Positions 11,686 through 24,419 of a stretch of DNA of 49,480 nucleotides are shown here, piece by piece. The notes beneath the pieces were generated by a model. That model was given only the letters and a program-made list of their open reading frames with translations, did no database searches and was not told the DNA's origin. A program made the position numbers and the translations under genes. Position 1 is the first letter of the stretch. The number at the start of each line of letters is the position of its first letter. This stretch comes from Octopus bimaculoides (lineage: Eukaryota): NCBI RefSeq assembly GCF_001194135.2, contig NC_068981.1:5010251-5059730 (forward strand), read 5' to 3'.

Positions 11686-11950
11686 TCATCATCATCATCG
11701 TTTAACGTCTGCTTTCCATGCTAGCATGGGTTGGACGGTTTGACTGAGGACTGGCGAACCAGATGGCTGCACCAGGCTCCAATCAGATCTGGCAGAGTTT
11801 CTACAGCTGGATGCCCTTCCTAACGCCAACCACTCCGAGAGTGTAGTGTGTGCTTTTACGTGCCACTGGCACGAGGGCCAGTCACACGGTACTGGCAACG
11901 GCCACGCTCAAAATGGCGTTTTTTACGTGCTACCTGTACTGGGGCCAGTC
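11686..11950 (-). mobile_element. Family B copy, tail-to-tail with 11060-11650
   Basis: Begins (CAT)n CGTTTAACGTC; reverse complement of the neighbouring copy's 3' half. Confidence 0.85.
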
Positions 11951-12942
11951 TTCCCCTCTCCATCCCCAATCAACTCCCCCCCCTTACCCTCTCTTCTAAA
12001 ATATAAGTAATCGTGTAGTTCCTCTACAGCAAGAAACCTGTTCTGCTCTGGTCATTTCCTCTCATGTTTCTCCCCCCCGCCCGTGGTCCTCATCTCCAAG
12101 TATAAAGTTACCCACTTAAGAGTTCGTAGTCTTTCAAGTGAGTTGGTGACCTCACAAGTGCTGGTGCTATGAAAAAAGCCAGAACACCCTGTAAATTGGT
12201 TGGTGTTAGGGTGGGTGTCCAGCTATAGAAACCATATCAGAACAGACAATGGAGCCTAGTGCAGTCCTTGGACACATCAGATCTTGTCAGGGCTTCCAGT
12301 CCATGGCAGCATAGAACATGGACGTTAAGTGACGATGATAATGAAATGATATCCACACTCACACGTCACATGATCGACAAGACTGTCGGGTGTTGTAACA
12401 CATCGCTGGGTACACAATGCACCTTGTATCATTTTAGTTTTCGAATGATGCCACCCCACTGGCTAACTGTGCAGGCCAACATTCCTCCTGATCGAAAGGT
12501 CAGTCCATCGCAAAGTGACCCCTTTACAGCTGAGTGGACTGGAGCAAAGTGAGACAAAGGGTTTTACTCAAGAACACAATGTGCCACCTGGTCCCAAAAT
12601 CGAACCCATGATCTCACAATCGTGAAGGCAAAACACCTAACCACTAGGCCAGTAGCTTCACATATACATATCATCATCGTCATCGTTTAACGTCCATTTT
12701 CCATGCTGGCATGGGTTGGACAGTTTGATTGAGGGCTGGCAAGCCAGGAGGATTTACCAGACTCCAATCTGATCTGGCAAAATTTCTACAGCTGGATGCC
12801 CTTCCTAATGCCAACCACTCTGAGAGTGTAGTGGGTGCTTTTTATGTGCCACCGGCATGGGGCTAGTCAGGTGGCACTGGCATATATATATTTATATCAT
12901 AAATAATATAAATGTTGTGTGTATAATAGATTATAACTTTAT

Positions 12943-13233
12943 TACAGTTCTATATTTAAGAGATGAGGAATTATGTACATTATTTACATTATTTACGGGC
13001 ATATAGCATAGTGGTTAAGTGCACAAGTTACTAACCCCAAGATTCCGTGTTCAATTCCAGGCAGTGACCTGAATAATAATAATAATAATGATAATATCGA
13101 AAAAATACCTTAGGGGTGAGAACCCAGGTTCCAAATTTGCCTAAGACACCTGATGAAGGCTGGAGGGTATATCAGCCAAAACGTGTTTACAACAAACAAG
13201 ATGAGGACAAATATCCGTCAAATGTAAATAATG
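12943..13233 (+). mobile_element. Composite repeat: TA-CAGTTCTATAT terminus, tRNA-like cassette and hammerhead-like motif
   Basis: Terminus at 12943. tRNA-like 12997-13070 with A-box TAGCATAGTGG and B-box GTTCAATTCC, then (AAT)n, then GACAC-CTGATGA-A-GGCTG...CAGCC-AAAACG at 13145-13190. Related copies at 18474-18641 and 45250-45341 (minus). Confidence 0.75.
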
Positions 13234-14156
13234 AACTTTGATATTGTTCCATAATTAAAGTGTTACATATATAGACCATTGCAGAATAATATTGTAGATT
13301 AACTTTGAAATGGTTTCTAATAAGTTGATTTATAATAAAATACTTAGAAAGAAGCAGCTCAGATTTACTATAATTTTACATTTCATAAATTCTCAATTGT
13401 GCACAAATATTTAATAGAAGTTTTTTTTAAAGAATTTATGGAACCAATTTTATGAATTATATTCACAAATTGGCTCAAATTCTGAATTTTTTTTTTTCTG
13501 TGATGAAATATATAAATGATTTTTATGAAATGTTTCTGAATTTGATATTGCCATCGCTCTAAAATGTAATTTATAGCTATTTATCTAAATTTAACTCCTT
13601 CATGCTTGTATTTCTGAAGTTTTGATTAAATTTGAATGTAAAGAATTTGGAATTTCATAATCATCATTTAATGTCCACATTCCATGCTGGCATGGGTTGG
13701 ACAATTTGATAGGATTCACTGAGCCCAAGGACTACAGCATGCTCCAATGTTGCTTTGGTATGGTTTCTATGGCTCGATGCCTTTCCTAATACCAACCACT
13801 TCACAACTTGTGCTGGGTGCTTCTTTTGTTTTTCTTGCCGCCTGCGCTACAGTCTACAAAACCTACAAAACCCAGGGAACGGCAGGGATGGATGCTCACG
13901 TTAGATGGGAGTTAAAGTATGAGAGAAGAGATCGGGGGAAAGCGGGTTCTTGTAAAGGTTATGTGGCTACTCGCATTTAGGGACGTGAGAATGATTGGAA
14001 GGTGCTGGAAAGGAATGAAAACAGTGGTGGTGAGGTGCCAGGGTGGCCCCAAAGGTATGAGGGGAGCAAAACTATCACTGAAACACTGGTCTAAGGCTTT
14101 ATTCTTCATATAAATACACTGAAACAGGCATTGAGTTTTTATTTCCCATGTGATAG

Positions 14157-14399
<243 letters not shown>

Positions 14400-17300
14400 T
14401 AGTTTCATATTTGGTCAATGATTAAGAGTTGAACTATTTTGCTTTTTTTTTTTTTTTCAAGAAATATAAAACTCCATGGTTCTTGCCATTGATTGTTTCT
14501 GTAGCATGCCATGAAAGAGACAATAATTTTCCCATGGTCTCCAGTTCAGTGCCACTATGTGACACCTTGAGGAAATATCTTCTGTTGTTGCGCTCGGCCA
14601 GTCAGTGCTTTGCTAAGCAATACAGTGCACCGAAATTGCAAGAAGTTCATTAAATGTGTGTCCATAGGCGCAAGAGTGGCTGTGNNNNNNNNNNNNNNNN
14701 NNNNNNNNNNNNNNNNNNNNNNNNNNNNNNNNNNNNNNNNNNNNNNNNNNNNNNNNNNNNNNNNNNNNNNNNNNNNNNNNNNNNNNNNNNNNNNNNNNNN
14801 NNNNNNNNNNNNNNNNNNNNNNNNNNNNNNNNNNNNNNNNNNNNNNNNNNNNNNNNNNNNNNNNNNNNNNNNNNNNNNNNNNNNNNNNNNNNNNNNNNNN
14901 NNNNNNNNNNNNNNNNNNNNNNNNNNNNNNNNNNNNNNNNNNNNNNNNNNNNNNNNNNNNNNNNNNNNNNNNNNNNNNNNNNNNNNNNNNNNNNNNNNNN
15001 NNNNNNNNNNNNNNNNNNNNNNNNNNNNNNNGTCAGGCGGTACTGGCAACGGCCACGCTCAAAATGGTGTATTTTATGTGCCACCCGCACAAGAGCCAGT
15101 CCAGGGGCATTGGCAATGATCTCGCTCGAAAGTCCATTACACATGCCGCGGGCATAAGTGCCAGAAAGGCGACGCTGGGCACAGGTGCCTTCACGATTTC
15201 GCTTTCACCAATAAGTCTTCGCAAGCTGAGTTTCGTGTCCAATGAAGGAGACGACGTTGGCATGGGTGCCAGTCGTCGAGTGTGTGTGTGTGTATATATG
15301 TTTGTGTGTCTGTTTGTCCCCCCAACATCGCTTGACAACCGATGCTGGTGTGTTTACGTCCCTGTAACTTACCATTTCAGCAAAAGAGACTGATAGAATA
15401 AGTACTAGGCTTCCAAAGAATAAGTCCTGGGGTAGATTTGCTTGACTAAAGGCGGTGCTCCAGCATGGTCGCAGTCAAATAACTGAAACAAGTAAAAGAG
15501 TAAAAGAGTATGCATGCATTAGTGTGTGCATGAGCATGCGCATGTGTTTATATATGTGTGTGTGTGTGAGTGAATGTTCATCAGTTTTCCGCTTTAGAGA
15601 AGTAGTGCTGATGTAGATATTCCTTGTTGACTGACCTTCTGCTTGGTCAGTCTATGTTCAAAAACTTACCAAACAAGGAAATTCTTTATTTGAAAACTAA
15701 GGTTGCCAACAGGAAGAGCGTCCAGCTGTGAAATCCTGCTCGAAATAAGTCTTCATCCAAACTAATGCTAAAAGGAAAAATCAAATGTTAACTGAAGGAA
15801 AGCATTGAGACAATTAATTCTGCTAACATTAGAAGAACAAAAAACAAAAAAAAAAAAGAGGGAAACGTTATTACCTATTCTTCTGTTGTTGCTGTAATAT
15901 AGAATTAGGTAGCAACATTGAAAACAATGGTATATTGACCATAGAATATACAGTTATGAGCCATGAATTATTGATTTGCCATTTTAGTACCACAGTCTTC
16001 TTCACAGAAACATTAATCGGTGCTCCACTAAGTGACATGCTCAACTGGTTAAGGTCAAACAACTGACAAGCAAACCTGTGGTATTAAGCAGAATATTTGC
16101 TGTAGGCCATCTTTTATACCAAGACAAAACAATGTACATGATAACACTTCCAATCAATTAAGAGCAGAAGCCATGAGAGACACTGCCTGGATCGACATCA
16201 GGGCATTTATCTTTATTATCATTATTATTATTATTATTAATGGAAAAAGACACCTCCAACACCAAGCGATTTGGCAGGTTTCGTAGATTCTAGAATATTC
16301 TTTGATTCCAACCACTTGTATCTAATATTCTAGTTTGTTTTCTATCCAGTACTTTTGCCCTTCCTGTCACCAACCCTTATCTGTTTCCAAGCAAAGTAGT
16401 TTTTAAATATTTCAGTTTATTTCAGCATTTCAAATTCAGTGTGTGTGTAGTTTACTTTGTGACAAATTATTTAAAACACAAACATCGAAATTAATTCATC
16501 CTCCTCATCAATAACTTGGTAGCTTCCTGCTTTATATAGCAGGTGAATGTTTTATGTTTTTGACTAGGAATCTCTCTGAGGAATGGTCAATAAGTTGCAA
16601 AATGATTCACCAAGACACTCACCCCTTCTGTATTTTATCCACACATCAAAATCTTGGAAGGCCCGTGTTTACCTAAGCTTACTTTCTAATATGGTTCTTT
16701 GTTACAGTCGATGGTTTCCTAATACTTAGATCTATTCCTGTCTGTCTGATTCTCACTGTGTTTCATGCATACATACATACAGCCACACCCCCTCAATACT
16801 GCTCTTTCCCTCCCAGTTGAGGGGTTTTTGCCTTGCAAGGTATTTGGTAACCCTGTCAGTGTTCTGGTGCCACATAAAAAGCACTTGCCCCAAGGCCATG
16901 TAAGAAGCACCCAGTACACTCTGTAAAATGGTTGGTGTCAGGAAGAGCATCCAGCTGTAAAAAAACATTGCCAGAACAGACAATTAGAGCCTGGTGCGGC
17001 CTCCCAGCTTGCCAGCTCTTGTTAAACCATCCAACCAAACAGTAACTGATGATGATATAAACTTTAGTGCATTGAAAAATTATAGTTTAGAGAAGTTTTA
17101 ATGGAGATCTTTATGTCCCTGTGTCTGTTTTATGTTCTCTAACTACAGACTATTGAATACCTGTCACTGTTTTCATCTTGCTTTTAAGTGCTGTATTTGT
17201 GTGTATTTATCTGAGAACATACAGCAACACTGAGAGAATATTGGTTGTAATGCTTCATCCATTAGAAATTGTAGACTCATTACGAAACAAAAGATCAGTT

Positions 17301-17638
17301 ATAAACAGACAATGTATTTGGGATTGAAGACTTAAAAAATATTAGCTACAACAAACGTATTTAATGTATTTGACGTTAGATGTTTCCTTCAGTTCCTCCC
17401 AAACTGATATTCACTAGTGACTATGCCCCCAACCCCTGTGATTTTCTGAGAGGCTCCATGGGTTTTTTTTATAGAGAGGGAGCTATCACATCCTTGTTGC
17501 CAGATGAAATGCTTCCTTAGCTGGTGGGAGTGGATTCATGTGAAAGAGTAGTGACCTACTAGACACCTGTATGCCTCATACTCTGTGTCCCTCCCATCCC
17601 CATCTCTAGCCATGTCATCCCCCCACTTNNNNNNNNNN

Positions 17639-17686
<48 letters not shown>

Positions 17687-17916
17687 GCCAGGGAAGCCAT
17701 ATATATCTCCTCCTCAGCAAGACACCTGTTCCTGTCTGGCTACCATACCTTCACCTCTCTTAGTACCATATCCTGACTCAGTCATTGGTGACCTCGCTGG
17801 TGCTGGTGCCACATAAAAAACACCCAGTCCACACTTTGTAAAGTGGTTGGTGTTAGGAAGGGCATCCAGCCAAAGAAAGAAAACCATACCAAAGCAGACA
17901 ATGGAGTCTGGTGCAC

Positions 17917-17949
<33 letters not shown>

Positions 17950-17999
17950 CCCCCTCTCTCTCTCTCTCTNNNNNNNNNNGACAATGGAGTCTGGTGCAC

Positions 18000-18052
<53 letters not shown>

Positions 18053-18473
18053 GCATGACAAACTGGCATTCAATGATGATGATGATGATTGTATGTATAT
18101 ATTCTGTATTTTCTGGTATTACCATTGTAGGGCAAACTTGTGTTAATATTATTGTAGCAATTCTAGTGATATATCCACTTGGAACAGTTTGCTATAAATT
18201 CTTGATATCCAAACAAAACAAAAGAACTTCTTACTCTGCTGATGAACTTCTTTCTTGAAAAACATTGAAAGAAAAGATTCATTGCAATTAATATTAATTA
18301 TTGCAGAGATTTTCTTTTTTAGCTGCAGACAACTATTCCGTCATTTACTCCTCTTCCTGGGTTGTGGCAAGCCAGTGGGCTGCACCAGGCTCCTATCTGA
18401 TCTGGCAAGATTTCTACAGCTGGATGCCCTTCCTAACACCAACCACTCTGAGAGTGTAGTGGGTGCTTTTACA

Positions 18474-18641
18474 GCCTTCGTCAGGTGCCTTGGGGAAATT
18501 TCGAACCTGGGTTCTCATTCCTAAGATATTTTTCGATATTATTATTATTGTTATTATTATTATAATTGAACTCTCTTAACCACTATGCCATATGCCCATG
18601 GGCAATTATGGAGTGAATTTTAGGGCTTATATAGAACTGTA
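18474..18641 (-). mobile_element. Second copy of the composite tRNA/hammerhead element (deleted)
   Basis: Minus strand reads TACAGTTCTATATAAG...GGGCATATGGCATAGTGGTTAAG...GAGTTCAATT...(AAT)n...GGCAC-CTGACGA-AGGC. Confidence 0.75.
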
Positions 18642-19490
18642 TTTATCTATTAATCCTACAGAATTAACATACAATTAATTTGTTGTTCACTTGTCTCACT
18701 ACAAAGTTCCTTTGTTTTTTTTTTTACTTCAAAACATTTTAACTTTTACCTCAGGAATTGCAAAATTGGTCAAGAAACAATGACTGAAATAATCTGAAGA
18801 CACCTTTGTCTGTTTTGGTAGTTTACAGAGAGAACCATATTGGAAGTGGCCATATTAGTTTATAATGTTCTGATTATTAGTAACAGTGCCGAAATAGTAA
18901 TGTAGACGCTATGGGACCTTACAGATAATTACTGACATCTTCCCAAAGCCTGTTGTTAGTTTTTGTTACATTTTCTAATTTTTATAACCAACAAACAAAC
19001 GAACTTGTATTAATATCGTAGTTCAAAGAGGAAGAAAACAAAGAAAAAGCAACTACAAAAATTGTCTGAATTGTTAAGCAAAACAACCAAAGCTATTATT
19101 GTGGCAGAAATCAATAAGTTCAACCTCAAGTGTAAGCTATATCAATCCTTAAAGAATTGAACTGTCAAGTTTTTCAGTGGATAGATCTCTGCAGACATTG
19201 ATTTTGCTAATAAACTAATGGCTGTTTTAACTTGTGAAACTGTTTACGATGGCATGTTGAATGAATCCAGTAAAGGAGTGCTTCTACTCATAATCCAGGC
19301 TATTATAGAGCTTCTGTTTTATATATGTATATTTATATATATACTAATACATCTGTTTGTTGCTTACACACCCGTCTTTGTCTTTTGTTTTTTTGTAAAT
19401 TCTCACTATATATATACACACACACACACACAAATAAATATATATATATGCACACACACACATATATATATATACACACANNNNNNNNNN

Positions 19491-19523
<33 letters not shown>

Positions 19524-22183
19524 CACACACACACATGCACAGGACCCATGCCGATGGCATGTAAAAAGCACCATTTGAGTGTGGCTGATGCCAGTACCAC
19601 CTGAGTGGTACCCGTGTCAGTAGCATGTAAAAAGCACCCACTACACTCAGAGTGGTTGGTATTAAGAAGGGCATCCAGCTGTAGAAACACTGCCAGATCA
19701 GATTGGAGCTTGGTGCAGCCTCCTTGCTTGCCAGTCCTCAGTCAAACCGTCCAACCCATGCCAGCATGGAAAACAGACTTTAAACGTTGATGATGATGAT
19801 ATACACACACACACACAAATGTGTGTGTGTGTGATCTTCATTATCATCATCATCATACATCTGCTTTCCATGCTGGCATGGGTTGGACAGTTTGACTGGG
19901 GACTGGCCAAGCAGAATACTGCATCAGGCTTCACTGTCTGTTTTGGCAGGGTTTTTACAGCTGGATGCCCCTTCTTAATACCAGACATTTTACAGTGTGT
20001 AATGGGTGCCTTTCTTCATGGCGCCAACACTGAGGTTGCCATGAAGCTTGCAAGACTGAGATTAAGCTTCAACTGATCGAGGCTACGGCAGAGAGTGATG
20101 TGGCTTCATACAGCAGGATGAGAGGGTAAAGCATGAAAGAAGAAGCCAGGACGGGGTTTCTTGCTGTACAAGAGAGCTGTGTTACTAGTCAAGGTTTAGA
20201 AGAAAGGGTGGATGGTGGGGGGGGGGTGATTGGGGTGGAGCTGGGAAGAGAAAAATGTTGGTGATGAGATGTCAGTGTGGACTGCGAAGGTACAAGAAAG
20301 GTGAATATAGGTGAGGGGGGACAGAACACAGAGTGAAGGTAGCAGAGGCTGCAGGAGTGTATGGAGGGAGTGAGGGATGCATGGATGGGCTGAGGGTGGA
20401 GGTGGTTGATGAGAGATGTCCATTGGAGGGAAGTTAGGGAGGTGAAGGGGATGACTGTAGAGATTGCATAAGGCTGAGTGGGGTAGGGTGCTGTTCTAAA
20501 TGCCTTGTGGTATTTAACTGACATCTCTTGACATCCTGAATCCAAATCCTATTTGTGGTCAATGAAATATGCAAGAGGCCAATTCAATTACTTATACAGA
20601 TCTACAAATTTATGGCCTTGCGCCAGATTAGGAAATCATTATGAATTCGAGATAATATTCCGTAAACTCTTACTCAACATTATTCAAATATTAAAGAGTT
20701 TTCTTTGCAATGTTTTATTAATTTTGTGTCGATGTGACACGGAATCTTCTCCAATTCTGCAGTCTACAAATATTATCATAGCAGCAGCAGCAACAGCACT
20801 TGTGAGGAATCGGTAGATAACTTAGGATTTATCTCCAGCACCAGGGAATGAATTATCTGCTGGCTTTTGCTTCTGTATCTCGTCAGTCATCTATTGACGA
20901 TGATGTGGTTAGTTTGATGAAATTACCATTTTTAAATTAGTCTCTTGGAAAATACTCTAGAGCTGTCTCACTTCACTGATCTTTGTTATGTAAGCATTTT
21001 GGTTTTATTTTTTAAACAAAACCATTTGTCTCTAGAGAACTACCATTCTGTTCTTGGAATGGATTTTTATTGACATTTATTATTGAATGAGCAATTGGGA
21101 AAAATAATCATTTTCCAACTAAATGCCATCAACTTTTCCTCTCTTAATATGGTCTACCAGTTAAACTAAATCGTTGAGTGATAAAGATGTTTAAATTCTA
21201 TCACAGATTATTATATTATCTTTATTAACTCCAATCTGTCGCAACAGTTTGTAACAGTTCTGTAACTTCACCATTTTTGTCTTGCTCCGCTTTAACAAAC
21301 TTGGCACCTCTGTTTTACTCCAAACTAAACCAAAGAGGTAAAAACTTAGAACACCATGAACCTGTTCCTTCATTCTCTCCACACCGTTTTGTATTTTGGA
21401 ATGTGGACTTTGACCTCGTTGTCAATCATCATCATCATCATTGATGTTGTTTTAATGTCAACTTTTGTGGGTACAAATTTCATAAAAGTCTTTTAGTAAA
21501 AAACAGTAAAAGATAAAACACTCAAAGAAGTCTATTATTAGAAGGTCAAACTAGCAGAAAATCATAAAATGGACCGATATTCAAATGATTCCAAGATCCT
21601 ACAAACTGATATTTGATGCTGGCTAATTATATAAACATTAAACATTGTAAAAACCATTTCAAAAATTAACATTTCAGTTTGATATTGGTTTTTGGATCAA
21701 CCTATTTCTGCAAATGGATTTGATCCAATCAAAATATCAAAGATAGTTGAACAAAGTCTGCAATCTTGGAATAAAAGCCATGACTTCTGACCCAGACATT
21801 GAAGCAATTTCAGATAACATTCTTCATCATCATCATCATCATCATCATCATTTAATGTTGGAGAAGAGGTGGTGGGGGAGGAGATAACTGACAGTGCAAA
21901 AGGAATGGTGATGGTGGCGGTGGTGGGGTGATTCAGAACCAAAAATGTTAAGAAAAAACGGTTAGCTAAATTCCTAATTCCATATCTTTTACTTGTTTCA
22001 GTCATTAGACTGTGGCCATGCTAGGGCACCACCTTGAAAAATTGTAGTTGAATTTCTTTAAGTCTAGGACTTATTCTATCAGTCTATCTTTGCTAAACTG
22101 CTATGTCCTGGGTCATAAATACACCAACACTGGATTGTCAAGCAGTGGTTGGGGACATACACAGACAAAGAGACACAGATATA

Positions 22184-22322
22184 TTGGAGAAAGCCTTTGA
22201 CAGGGTCCCCCATCCCTTATCTGGTGGTCATATGGAAACTGGGGCTAGACAAGTGGTTGGTAAGAACTGTACAAGCCCTGTACAGGGATGCTATCAGTAA
22301 GGTGAGGGTTGGCAACGAGTAT
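22184..22322 (+). mobile_element. RTE-type LINE RT fragment
   Basis: LEKAFDRVPHPL...KLGLDKWLVRTVQALYRDAISKVRVGNEY, the non-LTR RT DLEKAFDRV motif region. Flanked by inverted SINE A tails (21985-22180 minus, 22322-22473 plus). Confidence 0.85.
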
Positions 22323-23408
22323 GTGTTTACGTCCCTGTAACTTAATGATTTGGCAAAAGAGACCAATAGAATAAGTACTAGGCTTACAAAGAATAAGTCT
22401 TAGGGTTGATTTGTTCAACTAAAAGCAGTGCTGCAGCATGGCCCAGTCAAATGACTGAAACAAGTAAAAGAAAATACACACACACAAAGGTAAAAAATGA
22501 CTTTGGCAGGATTTGAACTTAGAGCCAGATGTAGAAAAGTTTGTATAATGGATTCAGTGATTGGTTAAAAAACAGTCTGAAAAAAAAAAAAAAAAATTGG
22601 AATCCATCTATCTGTAGCTATTGATCATATAATCCAACATTAATGGTCAGTCTTTTCAAGTCCTGTTTGAGAAATTCTTCACAGAACTCACCAAAGCCTT
22701 GCTGACAGAATGCCTTCCTAATGAGGCTTGCTGCTTCTAACAGTGAAATCTCCTTCTCAATAATATGTAAGAAGTAAAAACCGTTCACCGTTTCATGTGC
22801 TGTGTCATTGAATGATTCCTGGTTTATCTTATCAGAGTTAAAGTAGAAAACAGAAATAACTGCGCCACTTTAAATGACATAAGCTATCTGTAAAAGTTGT
22901 TTGATGGACAAACTTGTGAAATGGCGCCTTACCATTTTAACCAATCAGCCAACTTGCTGATGACAGCATCTAAATAAAACAGGTTTTATGTTGACGGGTT
23001 ATCAGCTAAGCCAGATAGAGGCTAGCTTTTATCTTTTGCTTGCTCCAGTTATTAGAATGCAGCCATGCTGGGGCATCACCTTAAAGAATTTTTTAATCAG
23101 ACAAATTACCTCCAGCACTTGGGTTTTTTTTCTTTTTTTTTTTCCTTTCAAGTTTGGTACTTATTCTGTTGGATTCTTTGGCTGAACCACGAGGTTTAGA
23201 GAATGTAAACAAACCAACACTGGTTGTCAAATAGTGGTAGGACACACACACACATACACACATGCATTTAAAGAAAGAATTTTTAAAAAACTTTTAGCTA
23301 TTTAAAAAAATTATTTAAATAAAACAGAGTGTCACAAATGTTTGGGGGAAGAAGTCTTCATATTTTCACATAGCATTTTTTTGTGTGCATGCGAAAACTT
23401 TTATACAC

Positions 23409-23437
<29 letters not shown>

Positions 23438-23440
<3 letters not shown>

Positions 23441-23502
23441 CGTGGTACCTCAGAGTATGAGTTCAATTCGTTCCATGATTGAGCTTGTCTTATGATTTAC
23501 TC
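23438..23502 (+). mobile_element. Possible pogo/Tigger-like transposon left end
   Basis: TA-CCGTGGTACCTCAG...AGTTCAATTCGTTCC resembles Tigger-type termini; the other end is hidden or absent (gap). Confidence 0.4.
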
Positions 23503-24372
23503 NNNNNNNNNNNNNNNNNNNNNNNNNNNNNNNNNNNNNNNNNNNNNNNNNNNNNNNNNNNNNNNNNNNNNNNNNNNNNNNNNNNNNNNNNNNNNNNNNN
23601 NNNNNNNNNNNNNNNNNNNNNNNNNNNNNNNNNNNNNNNNNNNNNNNNNNNNNNNNNNNNNNNNNNNNNNNNNNNNNNNNNNNNNNNNNNNNNNNNNNNN
23701 NNNNNNNNNNNNNNNNNNNNNNNNNNNNNNNNNNNNNNNNNNNNNNNNNNNNNNNNNNNNNNNNNNNNNNNNNNNNNNNNNNNNNNNNNNNNNNNNNNNN
23801 NNNNNNNNNNNNNNNNNNNNNNNNNNNNNNNNNNNNNNNNNNNNNNNNNNNNNNNNNNNNNNNNNNNNNNNNNNNNNNNNNNNNNNNNNNNNNNNNNNNN
23901 NNNNNNNNNNNNNNNNNNNNNNNNNNNNNNNNNNNNNNNNNNNNNNNNNNNNNNNNNNNNNNNNNNNNNNNNNNNNNNNNNNNNNNNNNNNNNNNNNNNN
24001 NNNNNNNNNNNNNNNNNNNNNNNNNNNNNNNNNNNNNNNNNNNNNNNNNNNNNNNNNNNNNNNNNNNNNNNNNNNNNNNNNNNNNNNNNNNNNNNNNNNN
24101 NNNNNNNNNNNNNNNNNNNNNNNNNNNNNNNNNNAATATACTGTAGTTGTGGTGCAATAAAAGATAAGAAGATGTCGTTTTAGAGGAACCAGAAGCAGGA
24201 GAGTTTATTATATCCAAGGATGATGATGATGATGAATGTGGAGATTGTGACTTGTGAATGGAGTGGTGAAAAGACCCGTTGGTCAAAGTAGGATCCAGTG
24301 TGTTGAACCCTGTCGTAAATTAGTTTAAGATGACTTTAAGTGCAGGACTTGGTGTTTAACAACTCATTCATC

Positions 24373-24375
<3 letters not shown>

Positions 24376-24416
<41 letters not shown>
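24376..24416. repeat. (CA)n microsatellite
   Basis: Direct inspection. Confidence 0.95.

Positions 24417-24419
<3 letters not shown>

Noticed and set aside
12997-13070. Functional tRNA gene
   Set aside because: A and B boxes are present, but the acceptor and anticodon stems pair poorly, and it sits inside a multicopy composite repeat.
14555-15157. Long ORFs in the track made mostly of X (also 23450-24286, 29473-30061, 46670-47439)
   Set aside because: Artefacts of N gaps.
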